A DNA stretch of 64,000 bases from an uncultured Phycisphaerales bacterium (lineage in GTDB: Bacteria > Planctomycetota > Phycisphaerae > Tepidisphaerales > Tepidisphaeraceae): positions 1,696,001-1,760,000 of the forward strand of contig CAVWLP010000002.1 of NCBI GenBank assembly GCA_963755915.1, read 5' to 3'. Made by a program: the position numbers and the translations under genes. How positions within the stretch are numbered: the stretch's first letter is position 1; every line of letters starts with the position of its first letter. Under the pieces are notes generated by a model, which saw only the letters and a list, made by a program, of their open reading frames with translations, made no database searches and was not told the DNA's origin. This document shows positions 48,473-58,642 of this stretch, in pieces.

Positions 48473-49261
48473 ATGCACGACCCTAATTCCTGGCAGAACA
48501 AATTCCACCCCTACACGCTAACCCATCTATGCGTCGTGCTGGTGTTTCTGGCGTTCGTGGTGGCGATGGTGCTGATGCGGCGGAGCGATGTCGTCGCCGA
48601 CGATCCGCCGCTCCGGCGGAGGATGGATCGCATCATCGGGTGGATCTGCCTCGCCGGGGCCTGTTTCGTCCAGCTTGTCACGCTCTGGCCCTCGCGGTTT
48701 GATTATCGCGCCTCGCTGCCGCTGCATATCTGCGACATTGTGATGTTTGTGGCGCCGCTGGCGCTTTTGCTGCACTGGCGGTCGCTGCGGTCGATCGCCT
48801 ATTTCTGGGGGCTGGGGCTATCGTCGATCAGCTTTATTTATCCCGATCTGTGGTTTGGCCCAGGGCATTTTCAGTTCTGGGTCTTCTGGACGGGGCATGC
48901 CTGCATCGTCGGTGCGGCGCTCTATGACATCACCGGCTGCGGGTTCAGGCCGAAATGGCACGACTACCGCTTCATCGCCTGGTTTTCGATCCTGTACGTC
49001 GCCATCCTGCTTCCGATCGACGCCCGGTTTCACCTGAATTACGGCTATATCGGGAAGACCTATGGCGGCCAGCGCTCGCCCACGGATTTTCTGGGCGTCT
49101 GGCCCTGGCGGGTCCCCTTAATGCTCCTGATGGCGCTGGGGATAATGTTTGCTCTGCTGCTGCCCTGGGTGATCCGCCACAAGATCGCCGCGAAGAACCT
49201 GGAAGAGAAGCAGGAAAGCGGGGGACCGGCGCCGCAAGGGTTGCAGAGCGGGGTCCGATAA
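48473..49261 (+). CDS. YwaF/TMEM164-like integral membrane protein
   Basis: LPLHICD, YFWG, FWTGH, NYGY, LGVWPW. Confidence 0.78.
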   Translation: MHDPNSWQNKFHPYTLTHLCVVLVFLAFVVAMVLMRRSDVVADDPPLRRRMDRIIGWICLAGACFVQLVTLWPSRFDYRASLPLHICDIVMFVAPLALLLHWRSLRSIAYFWGLGLSSISFIYPDLWFGPGHFQFWVFWTGHACIVGAALYDITGCGFRPKWHDYRFIAWFSILYVAILLPIDARFHLNYGYIGKTYGGQRSPTDFLGVWPWRVPLMLLMALGIMFALLLPWVIRHKIAAKNLEEKQESGGPAPQGLQSGVR

Positions 49262-49311
49262 CCCGCGACGGTTGTAATAGAAGCTTAACTCGCGCCCGGA
49301 CCGATAGATGA

Positions 49312-50122
49312 ATGGACGGCGTGAGCGACGTGCAACCCCCTACTGCCGGAATCGAGCAATCCCTGCTGGGCCAGCTTGGCCAGACCCAGCGGCAGCTTGA
49401 CGAGCTGCGCCAGCAGCTAACCGAATCCCAGCGCCTCGCCACCATCGGCACCATCTCCGCCGTCATCGCCCACGAGTTCAACAATCTCCTCACGCCGATG
49501 GTGAGCTATTCCCAGTTTGCGCTTCAGAGCGCCAAAAGCGATAAGCCCGACATGGAGCTGATCATCAAGGCCCTGGGCAAGGCCTTCGCCGGGGCCGAGA
49601 AGGCCGGGAAGATCTGCGCGGCGATGCTGGCCCTGGCGCGGGGGGAGACGTCGTTTAACAAGGTGCCGGTGCAGACGCTGATCGACCAGGTGCTGGCAGT
49701 GCTGGCGCGATCCGCAGAAGGACGGCATCGCGCTGCGCGTCCAGGTGCAGGGGGATCTGTGCGTGCAGGGGGAAGACGTGCAGCTTGAGCAGGTGCTGCT
49801 CAACCTGCTGATCAACGCGCGGCAGGCGATGCTCGGCAGGGGCGGCTCGCTGACGATCAAGGCAACCGCGACGGGGGAGAGCGAAGTAAAAATCCAGGTC
49901 ATCGACACCGGCCCGGGGATTCCGGAGAACCTGCTGCCGAAAATTTTTCAGCCATTTTTCACCACCAAGGGGACGACGAAAAAAGACGAGGCGCGGGGCA
50001 CAGGATTGGGCCTGGCGATCTGCAAAGACATCATCGAGCATCACAAGGGGCGGATCACGGTCGAGAGCAAGGTTGGGGAGGGGACGACGTTTAACGTCTT
50101 TCTGCCGGCCGCGACAAACTAA
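49312..50122 (+). CDS. Histidine kinase without sensor domain (frameshift near 49710)
   Basis: IAHEFNNLL, QVLLNLLINARQA, DTGPGI, FFTTKG, GTGLGL. Confidence 0.88.
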
Positions 50123-50170
50123 CAAACCACTCCCACCCGGAATCCGCCTCTCATCAACTACTATTATTTT

Positions 50171-50230
50171 TCCCCGTGTAGCCGCCGGGCTTGACCTCGG
50201 TGAGCTGTGTCGAACCGCCCGGCGCGTCCC
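50171..50230. repeat. REP-like hairpin, family A copy 4, with nested insertion
   Basis: Reverse complement GGGACGCG-CCGGG-C[GGTTCGACACAGCTCACCGAGGT]CAAG-CCCGG-CGGCTACACGGGGA. Confidence 0.65.
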
Positions 50231-50311
50231 CTGACACCTCAAGGCCCCCCCGAACGTAACCAGGGCAAATAAAATTATGCCGCTTTCCATCGCGACGGTA
50301 GACTGAGGCCT

Positions 50312-50908
50312 ATGTCCGAAATCGAAACACTCGAAGCGGAAATTCAAAAGAAGATCGCCCGGCTGAATGAGCTGCGCAAGAAGGTCAAACCCGCGGCCGT
50401 GAAGAATTATCAGTTCAAAACGCTCGACGGCGGCGTCTCTCTGCTTGAGCTCTTTGGCGACAAATCCAAACTCTTCGCCATTCACAACATGGGCCAGGGC
50501 TGCCGCTATTGCACGCTCTGGGCGGATGGACTCAACCCGTTTGTGCCGCATCTGGAGAGCAAATTTGCCGTGGTCCTGCTTTCAAAGGATCCGCCCGATG
50601 TCCAGCGGGCGTTTGCCAATTCGCGCGGATGGCGGTTCCGCACGGCCTCCCACGGCGGTGGGAAATATATCCAGGAGCAGACGACCCATAAGGGCCAGGA
50701 CAATTTTCCCGGCCTCGTCTGCTATCAGCGGAAGGGGAACAAAATTTTCAAATTGAACTCCGTGGAATTCGATCCCGGCGATCTCTATTGCCCCATCTGG
50801 CATATCCTGAGCCTCGGCGGAATGGGCGAGGAATCCTGGACGCCGCAATACTCTTACTGGAAACGCCCGCAGAAGCTGGATGATGGAGGACAGAATATTC
50901 TCGAGTGA
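50312..50908 (+). CDS. DUF899 thioredoxin-like protein
   Basis: VSLLELFGDK..HNMGQGCRYCTLWADG..RGW. Confidence 0.8.
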   Translation: MSEIETLEAEIQKKIARLNELRKKVKPAAVKNYQFKTLDGGVSLLELFGDKSKLFAIHNMGQGCRYCTLWADGLNPFVPHLESKFAVVLLSKDPPDVQRAFANSRGWRFRTASHGGGKYIQEQTTHKGQDNFPGLVCYQRKGNKIFKLNSVEFDPGDLYCPIWHILSLGGMGEESWTPQYSYWKRPQKLDDGGQNILE

Positions 50909-51011
50909 GCTACGGGGATCAGGGCTTCATCCGCTGAAAAATCCACATTTTTATCGGACTATCTCACGTTTTCGCGCGGGCCGAGCCGATAGGAGGGTCG
51001 GGAGTCTATCT

Positions 51012-51623
51012 ATGCCCGTCACCGTCGATCATTCGCCCCTGTCCGCCGAGGAACTGGGTCTCAAGACCGTCGGACAGGTCCTCGCCCACCTCCAGAGGAA
51101 AAAGCGCCTGGTCGTCCACGTCCTGATCGACGGCTTGGTGCCCGACCTCCGCCACCTCGGCGACATGCGGCAATCGCCGGTCGAGAAGCATCACGTCTTC
51201 ATCGAAACCGCCGACCCCCGCGAAATGGCGATGGAAGTCCTCAAGCAGGTCGAAGCCCAGATCGGCGAGGCGGACCGCATCAAAAATGAAGCGGCCAGGC
51301 TGCTCCAGACCAATCAAAATGTCCGCGCGATGGAGAAACTCTCAGGATGCCTCACCACCTGGCATCACGCCCAGGAATCACTCCTGAAAACCGCCCGGCT
51401 CATGAAGATCGATCTGGACAAGATCACCGCCGGCGGTCGCCCCATGAAGGAATCGATCCTCCTTTTCGCCGAACAGCTCAAGCAAATCCGCACCGCCCTG
51501 GAAAACCGCGATTTCGTGACCCTCAGCGACGTGCTGATCTACGAAACCGAGCAAACCGGGCCCCGGTGGCGCGACATGCTCGATGCGCTGCGCCGCGCAA
51601 TCGGCGCGGACGCGCCCGCGTAG
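51012..51623 (+). CDS. Hypothetical protein
   Basis: 203-aa ORF with coding-like codon use; helical C-terminus ENRDFVTLSDVLIYE. Confidence 0.6.
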   Translation: MPVTVDHSPLSAEELGLKTVGQVLAHLQRKKRLVVHVLIDGLVPDLRHLGDMRQSPVEKHHVFIETADPREMAMEVLKQVEAQIGEADRIKNEAARLLQTNQNVRAMEKLSGCLTTWHHAQESLLKTARLMKIDLDKITAGGRPMKESILLFAEQLKQIRTALENRDFVTLSDVLIYETEQTGPRWRDMLDALRRAIGADAPA

Positions 51624-51629
51624 AAAGCA

Positions 51630-52568
51630 TCACAGTTCCTTCGTGAGTTCCGGCGGCTTATTGACGCCGGCCTTGCCCCTGAAATCCCGGCATCCCGGTC
51701 CAGCACCCAGCCGCTCAAAATCGATTTCGCTGTTGATCTCAGCGCCCACCAGCAGCACCAGCCCGTCGATATAGAAAAAAAGCAGAAGAATCGCCGCGCC
51801 GCCCACCGTCCCGTAGGTCTGGTCGTAGCGGGCAAAGCGATTGACATAAAACCGAAAAACAAAATTCGTGAGCAGCCAGACGAGGGCCGTGAAAATCGCC
51901 CCGGGGCTGAGAAGGTTGAACCGCTGGCGGATGTTGGGGCCGAATTGGTAAATCACGCCCGTAACGGCCAGCGCGAAAAAGATGGACAGAACATATCGCG
52001 CCGCGTCGAAAGCGAAATAGATGCGCCCGGTGATGACGCCGTGTGACGCGGCCCACGCCCCCACGGCTTCACCGATGGGCAGTAGAACAATCAGGAACAG
52101 CACACCAATCGTCACCCCGATCGTCAGCACAATGGCGACCGCCCGCTGGTGGATATACGACCGGGTCTGCTTCACGTCGTAGCACCGGTCCAGCGCCGAC
52201 ATCGTCATCGACATTCCCCCGCTGGCGACCCACACGCTCACCACCAGCCCGATTCCCAGCCAACCCGTCCGCGGCTTGTCCACGACCTGCTTGATGTTGT
52301 CGTTGAGCGTCGAGGCTTCCTTTCCCAGAATCTGGCTGATGAACCCCGCCACGGCGCTGCTGGCATTTGCCCTGGTTTTGTCCGGGAGATACGGCACGAG
52401 GCTCAGCAGCAGGATCAAAAACGGAAAAATCGAAAAGAGCCACGAATACGCCAGTGCCGATGCCCACACGTAAATCCCATCTTCGTTCATCTGCTGGCGG
52501 ACGCAGCGCAGGAACGCCCAGGCTCCATGAGATTTCAGCACCGGGCGAACGTCACGCAGAGAGGCCAT
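51630..52568 (-). CDS. YihY/virulence factor BrkB family membrane protein
   Basis: ASALAYSWLFSIFPFL, YQFGPN, PGA, YDQTYGTVGG, GAEINS. Confidence 0.9.
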   Translation of the reverse strand: MASLRDVRPVLKSHGAWAFLRCVRQQMNEDGIYVWASALAYSWLFSIFPFLILLLSLVPYLPDKTRANASSAVAGFISQILGKEASTLNDNIKQVVDKPRTGWLGIGLVVSVWVASGGMSMTMSALDRCYDVKQTRSYIHQRAVAIVLTIGVTIGVLFLIVLLPIGEAVGAWAASHGVITGRIYFAFDAARYVLSIFFALAVTGVIYQFGPNIRQRFNLLSPGAIFTALVWLLTNFVFRFYVNRFARYDQTYGTVGGAAILLLFFYIDGLVLLVGAEINSEIDFERLGAGPGCRDFRGKAGVNKPPELTKEL

Positions 52569-52617
52569 GGGCCAATTGTTGGTCCGCCCATTCAGAATTG
52601 CAATGGAGTTTCCTGAT

Positions 52618-53239
52618 TCAATGACCCGTCGTCGCAGCGGTTTTTCGCACCAGGCGGTAAAGCAGCAGGATCGCAATGATCGCGATGAACGCGGTCTGCT
52701 TGAGGTGATACCCGTCGATGAGCGCCTGCCACCCCACCAGCTTGCCGAACATCGCATAGTGCATCCCGGCACAAATGACCGAGATATACACAAGCTCATG
52801 CAGCCGCTTCCATCGCGCCGCCCCGAGCCTCTTGATGCTGGCGTTGGTGGACGTAAGGGCCAGCGGAACCATCAGCAGCAGCGCGATCATTCCAAAGAGG
52901 ATGAAGTTGTTCTGAATGACGTCCAGCACGACGGCGCTCACACTGAGCTGCCGCTCAACGCAGAAATAAATCGAGAAATGCGCGCAGCGCGTAGAAGAAA
53001 GCAAACAGCCCCAGCATCCTGCGGAAATGGCTCAGCCAGTTCCACCCCGAAATCTTTCGCAGCGGCGTTACCGTCAGGGTAAGAACCAGGAAGGTAAGCG
53101 CCGTCAGTCCGGTCACGTGGATCGCGCGGTCGACGGGATTAGCGCCGAGCTGATGCCAATAGTTGTCCCACATCAACATCGCCCCCGGCACCAGGCCGTT
53201 GACGAGCAGCGCGAATTTTGCGAAGCCGGGATCTTTCAT
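52618..53239 (-). CDS. msrQ: Methionine sulfoxide reductase heme-binding subunit (frameshift near 52985)
   Basis: LGANPV..TG..TLTVTPL, RRMLGLFAFFY, PLALTS..WKRLHELVY. Confidence 0.88.
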
Positions 53240-53245
53240 CTGAAT

Positions 53246-54219
53246 CTAAAAATTCTTCCGCAAATCCATCCCCGCATACAGATACCCGACTTCATCAGCG
53301 TAGCCGTTAAACATCAGCGTCGGCCGCTCGCCAACGCCGATGCGCCGTTCCGTCGCCTGGCTCCAGCGCGGGTGATCCACGTTCGGATTGACGTTGGCGT
53401 AAAAGCCGTATTCGTCGGGCGCGACAATGTTCCACGTCGTGGACGGCATATCCGCCTGAAGCGTGATCTTTACGATCGACTTAATCCCCTTGAACCCATA
53501 CTTCCACGGCACCACCAGCCGAACAGGCGCCCCGTCCTGAGGCGGAAGCTGCTTGCCATATATTCCGCTGGCAAGAATCGTCAGCGGATGCATCGCCTCG
53601 TCCATGCGCAGCCCTTCGACGTAAGGCCACGGAAGCCCGTCGCCGGATTGATTGGGAAACCGCCCGGGGTCGAGTAGCGATTGAAACCCGACATATTTTG
53701 CCGAGCTGAGCGGCTGCACGTGCTCGAGAACCTTCGACAGCGAAAACCCGTCCCATGGAATCACCATCGACCATGCCTCGACACACCGCATGCGATAAAC
53801 CCGCTCCTCGATCCGGGCGATCTTCAGCAAATCATCGATGTCGAAAGTCGCCGGCTTCGAGCAAAGCCCGCCCACGGCCACCTGCCACGGCCGGCTGACG
53901 AATCCAGCAGCAGCGTCCGCCACCGCTTCCTTCTCAAATGAAAACTCATAGAAATTGTTGTAATGCGTGATGTCTTGGAAGCTGGTAAGGGCTTCGCTCG
54001 TCGCAAACCCCGCGGTGTTCAGGCCGCCCGGCGCGTGGTGGCGGCGGGGATGGCGATGTCACCGATCGGCGCGAAAGCCCCCGCTTTGGGCGCAATTGGA
54101 TTGAGCTTGCGATAAACCCACCCCGTCGCCGATACCGACGCCGCCAGCACGCCGGCGCGGAGAAAGTTCCGGCGGTTGAGATACAGACGCTCGTCGGTAA
54201 TCTCGTCGGTAGCCGCCAT
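53246..54219 (-). CDS. msrP: Methionine sulfoxide reductase molybdoenzyme subunit (frameshift near 54020)
   Basis: Tat [57 protein letters not shown]. Confidence 0.92.
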
Positions 54220-54270
54220 ATTGGAATTCTACGCGTGAATTCGCCAAATAGATGCTAAAATACCCTGGCC

Positions 54271-55465
54271 CTAAGCCGCTTCCAGACGATTGCGTTGCGT
54301 TCCCCCGGAGTCAGGCAAAAATTTCGACAGCACCACAATCAAAACCCCCGGCACCATAAAAACCATCTTCTCATCCGCAAATCCCAGCCAATACATCGGC
54401 GCCGCCACCACGATCGCCGTCACCACCCGCAGCATCGACCTTCTGGGCGGCACGATCCTCAGCCAGACGATGGCTGGAAACACCAGTCCGTAAAACCCCA
54501 GGAATCCCCGGTAAATGAGTTCCCCGAGCTCGATTCCGTTGTAAGAAAACTGTCCCCACTGCCAAACCCCCAGTCCCACCGCGATCAGCAGTATGAGCCC
54601 AAAGACCAGAAAATGTCCAAACGACGGCCGCCGATCCCCCGGCGAAATCTGCCGGACATGCAGCGCCACCGTCAGGCAGCTCTGCACGATGAGGTGGACC
54701 GCCAGGATCATCGCCACCTGCGGATTGCGCCGGATCGAACGCGATAAACCAGCCGCTGTATCCCACCGTGATCGCAAGCATCAGCGTGAAGAGGATTCCA
54801 AATCCAAACGCAAACGCCGCCCGGGCCTCGGTGCGCGGCATCGCCTGTCGTGCCGCGTGAAATGTCATGTCCAGAAATGGGCAGCAGAGAAAACCAAAGA
54901 TCCAGACCGGCGCCAGCCAGAGATTGTTGATGGGATCGAGCCGCATTGCTCCGACCGGATGTGCCAGATACGGGAGATCTTTGCGCCAGATTCCCCAGGC
55001 CATCACGACAATCGAAATCAGCAGCGCCATCGCGGGCGCCAGAAAATTCCCGCCCTTTTTCCAGTGCAGCATCACCCAGAAACAAAAAAACACCGCGGCC
55101 ATCGCCGGCCCGGCACTGGGGCCGATAAGCCATCGAATCATCCACGCCGCGAAAAACGCGTGATAGGCGATCGTGATCAGCGAAAACCACACAAACGACG
55201 CCCGATTTTCCTCGATCATCCGCCGGCTCTCATCCGCCCCGCGGATGATCCATCCCATCGCGGCCGCGCCGACAATATTGGGCACCGCAAAGAAAATGAC
55301 CCCGGTAATCCCCAGCTCGCGCATCAGCAGCACCGGCAAAAACATGCCGATGCACCACGTCCACGACATCGCAAGATAAACCGCCCATCCCCCAGTTCGC
55401 GCGACCGTTTGCGCGACCGTTCCCCCCACCGACTTCAGTCCGCCGTTTGTCGAAATATCGCTCAC
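54271..55465 (-). CDS. Polytopic membrane protein, possibly solute:sodium symporter-like (frameshift near 54735)
   Basis: About 12-13 TM; SWTWCIGMFLP..G..FAVPNIVG and PFLDMTFH. Confidence 0.55.
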
Positions 55466-55469
55466 GAAT

Positions 55470-56117
55470 TTACAGGCTCTGGCTCAACTCGGCCGCCGCC
55501 CGCTGCCGCGCCTTCTTCAGCTTATGCTGAATCTTCGGCGTGACGTGAAACGTCGCCTCGCATCGCCCCACGCGCTTGTCCTTCTCCCCGATCGTCGATA
55601 CCTGCTGCAGAATCTCCAGGTCCAGCGTCACATTAAATTCCTGCCCGGTCTCCAGCATCTGCCGAATATTCTCCCGCGGCGTCATCCGATAAACCGCCGG
55701 CCCAAAACACGGCCGCATGAACGTATATTCCAAATGCTTGCAAACCACCGTGTAATCCCCCCCGCAAATCCCAAACACATACATCCCCCCGGCAATCTCG
55801 CTGTTCGCCAAAAGCGCCCCGCCGGCCATCGCCCGGTACCAGTTCCGGTTAAACCTTCTGAACGGCAACACCGCCGCGTAAGTGTCGGCCGACATGGCGG
55901 TGATCTTGATGCCGCTGAAGAATGCGTAAGGCAGCCAGATCAGCGAACAGATCCGATGCCAGAAGTTGTCGCGAACCGACAATCGGCTGACAAACGCTTC
56001 GATCCGGTCGTACAAGCGCGAAAGTCGCCCGCTGGGAATCCGCGACGCAATCGGCCGCGCCTCTTCCGTGGCCTCCGTTGCCTTAACATTGCTTGTTGGT
56101 ATCGGTAGTGTACTCAT
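55470..56117 (-). CDS. Hotdog-fold/thioesterase-like protein
   Basis: SGIKI..LPFRRFNRNWYRAMAGGAL..V.K.LEYTF.RP pattern. Confidence 0.6.
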   Translation of the reverse strand: MSTLPIPTSNVKATEATEEARPIASRIPSGRLSRLYDRIEAFVSRLSVRDNFWHRICSLIWLPYAFFSGIKITAMSADTYAAVLPFRRFNRNWYRAMAGGALLANSEIAGGMYVFGICGGDYTVVCKHLEYTFMRPCFGPAVYRMTPRENIRQMLETGQEFNVTLDLEILQQVSTIGEKDKRVGRCEATFHVTPKIQHKLKKARQRAAAELSQSL

Positions 56118-56227
56118 TCAAAACAGCGGCAAATGGCTGGCTGAATCATAGGGAGGGCCAATGTCTCACGCAACCGCGAGGGCCACCCTAAGCCTTCATG
56201 CCCAGGGCAATCGCATCTTCCCTCTTA

Positions 56228-56268
56228 CCCCCTCGCCCGGTACTCCGGGAGAGGGTTGGGGTGAGGGC
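56228..56268. repeat. Family B repeat, opposite orientation
   Basis: CCCCCTCGCCCGGTACTCCGGGAGAGGGTTGGGGTGAGGGC. Confidence 0.75.
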
Positions 56269-56305
56269 AGTGAAAGAATTTTGGGCCATACGCGACTGCC
56301 TGCCT

Positions 56306-57559
56306 TCACGCCGGATGATATGCCTGCTCGATCAGGTCAGCGGTCTGCCCAATCGGATTGCCCGCCCGTAACTTTTCGCGAATCGACACACACGCCTCCC
56401 CCCGCGACCCATCAATGATTTCTCCCAGCGCCCGCGCCGCCCGCTCCCCCGAAAATCGCCTCGCGGCAACGATTTCCCCCACCCCCAACCGCTTCAATCT
56501 CTCCGCATTATCAAACTGATCATGCGCCATCGGCACCGCCAGATGCGGCACACCCGCCGCCAAACCCTGCGCCGATGTCCCAATCCCTCCATGATGCACC
56601 ACCGCCGCGCATTTCGGAAACACCCGGCTGAACGGCGCATACTCCACATACCGAATCCCTGCCGGCAGATTCCCCGGCACATTCTCCGCATGCCGCGAAA
56701 GCAGCAATCCCCGCCGCCCCAGCATCACGCACGTCTTCACCGCCTCCTCAAAAAATCGGTCCCCATGCTTCATCGCGCTCCCCGCCGTAAACGCGATCGC
56801 CGCCTCCCCCTCATTCAAAAATCTCTCCAGCCCCTCATCCACCGGCGCGATATCCGCCTCGTCATAAAGCGGAAACCCCGTCAGCACCGTCTGCTTCGGC
56901 CAATCGGCCGCGGGCGCCGCAAACCACTCCGGAAAGAGTCCAATCACCCGATCCGGCGAATGAATCCACCCCCCCATGATCCGCGTCACCGGCTTCAGCC
57001 CCACCTTCGCCCGAAACGCATTCACCGGCGTCGCTATTGCCGGATCGATTGCCAGCCGATCCGCGAGCCAATAGGTGAGCCGATTTCCCCATTCCGGCAC
57101 CCAATCCGCAACGGGAAGGGGGGGTGTCTTGGCCGGACGAATCGCACTCCGAAACACCGCCGGCTGCAAATGCACCGACACCGCCGGGATCCCCATCACC
57201 TCCTGCGCCACCCGTCCCGCCACCGCCAGCGTCGACAAAACCAACACCGTCCTCCCTGGCACATAATTCTTCAGGATCGCCTCATAACACGGCCCCATCA
57301 TTTCCCCCACACCTTCCGCCACCACCTGAAACCCCCGCACCGGCCGCCACAATTCCGGTCGCGCCGACATCTTTTCAAACTGCTCAATAGTTCCGATCGC
57401 TGCAAACTCCAATCCCACCGCCCGCGCCAGCTCCTCAAACATCGCCGGCAAAATCACGCACACCTCATTGCCCCGCCGCTTCAGTTCCCTCCCGATTGCC
57501 AGAAACGGATGGACATCGCCATGACTCCCGAGGGCGACGATGAGAATTCGAAGGGACAT
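56306..57559 (-). CDS. GT1 family glycosyltransferase (RhlB/sterol glucosyltransferase-like)
   Basis: GSHGDVHP, VVHHGGIGT, PMAHDQFDNA. Confidence 0.88.
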   Translation of the reverse strand: MSLRILIVALGSHGDVHPFLAIGRELKRRGNEVCVILPAMFEELARAVGLEFAAIGTIEQFEKMSARPELWRPVRGFQVVAEGVGEMMGPCYEAILKNYVPGRTVLVLSTLAVAGRVAQEVMGIPAVSVHLQPAVFRSAIRPAKTPPLPVADWVPEWGNRLTYWLADRLAIDPAIATPVNAFRAKVGLKPVTRIMGGWIHSPDRVIGLFPEWFAAPAADWPKQTVLTGFPLYDEADIAPVDEGLERFLNEGEAAIAFTAGSAMKHGDRFFEEAVKTCVMLGRRGLLLSRHAENVPGNLPAGIRYVEYAPFSRVFPKCAAVVHHGGIGTSAQGLAAGVPHLAVPMAHDQFDNAERLKRLGVGEIVAARRFSGERAARALGEIIDGSRGEACVSIREKLRAGNPIGQTADLIEQAYHPA

Positions 57560-57572
57560 TGGAGTGAATCAT

Positions 57573-57647
57573 AATGCCGAATGCCGATTGCCAAATGCCG
57601 AATGAAAAATGCGGCGGTTTTCGTTCGGCATTTGGCAATCGGCATTC
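57573..57647. repeat. Inverted heptamer-repeat element
   Basis: AATGCCG AATGCCG ATTGCCA AATGCCG ... TTCGGCA TTTGGCA ATCGGCA TT. Confidence 0.78.
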
Positions 57648-57727
57648 CCCCCTCCCCTTGCATCCCATCTCCCCCATTCATAGACTTTGCGCCCTCCCCG
57701 GCTCTAAAAACCGGTGAGATGTTTTAA

Positions 57728-58642
57728 ATGCTTGCAATCGCTTCAACATTGGCTGCCGCTCCTGACGCCGGCGCGACGAACTTCTACCTCATCGAGCCGA
57801 TGATCATCCTCCTGCTTTGCGTGGTAGGGGGGGTCGCGACGATGTTTTTCCTCCCCGGACCCAGGCAAGCCCCCAAGCTCGGCGGGTTTATGCTTACCGT
57901 CGCCGGCATCGCCTTTGCCCTGATACTCCTCCGCGTCGCGGCAGGGCCTGCCAATTCGACCGTCGGACCCTATTTCTGGATTTTCTCCGCCATCGCCCTC
58001 GTTGGCGCCGTTCGCGTGATTACCCATCCCCGGCCGGTTTATTCCGCCCTCTATTTCGTCCTCACTATATTTGCCAGCGCCGGCCTGTTCATTCTCCTAC
58101 ACGCCGAATTCATGGCGGCCGCACTCGTGCTCATCTACGCCGGGGCGATTCTAATCACCTATGTTTTCGTGATTATGCTTGCCGCCTCCGCCCAAACCAC
58201 GGGCCACGGCTCCCTCGCGGGCTTAGCTGAGTGCGACACCGTCTCCCGCGACCCCTTCGCCGCCTCCTGCGTCGGCTTCGCCCTCATGGGCGTCCTGCTC
58301 TTCGTCATTTTCGATAAATCCGATCCGGCTCCTCCCCTAAGCCCAACCCCGCCGGACATTGCCATCATGCCCGAGGAGCTGGTTCACGGCTCCACCCAAT
58401 CCATCGGGCAATATCTCTTTCAGGACCAGACGGTTAATCTCGAGCTTGCCGGGCTTATTCTCACCATCAGCATGGTCGGCGCGATCGTGATCGCCCGCCG
58501 GCGCGTCACCGACGTCGACCAGGCCTACGAGCCCAGCTCAGAGGCCATCACCGCGACAGCGACGCCGGTCAACGACGATCCGCACAGCATCCCGGTTTAC
58601 GGAACCACCAACCCCAAGCAAAAGGCCTTTCCGGAGCGATGA
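57728..58642 (+). CDS. nuoJ: NADH-quinone oxidoreductase subunit J
   Basis: PVYSALYF, LHAEFMAAALVLIYAGAI, LELAGLILTISMVGAIVIA. Confidence 0.9.
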   Translation: MLAIASTLAAAPDAGATNFYLIEPMIILLLCVVGGVATMFFLPGPRQAPKLGGFMLTVAGIAFALILLRVAAGPANSTVGPYFWIFSAIALVGAVRVITHPRPVYSALYFVLTIFASAGLFILLHAEFMAAALVLIYAGAILITYVFVIMLAASAQTTGHGSLAGLAECDTVSRDPFAASCVGFALMGVLLFVIFDKSDPAPPLSPTPPDIAIMPEELVHGSTQSIGQYLFQDQTVNLELAGLILTISMVGAIVIARRRVTDVDQAYEPSSEAITATATPVNDDPHSIPVYGTTNPKQKAFPER

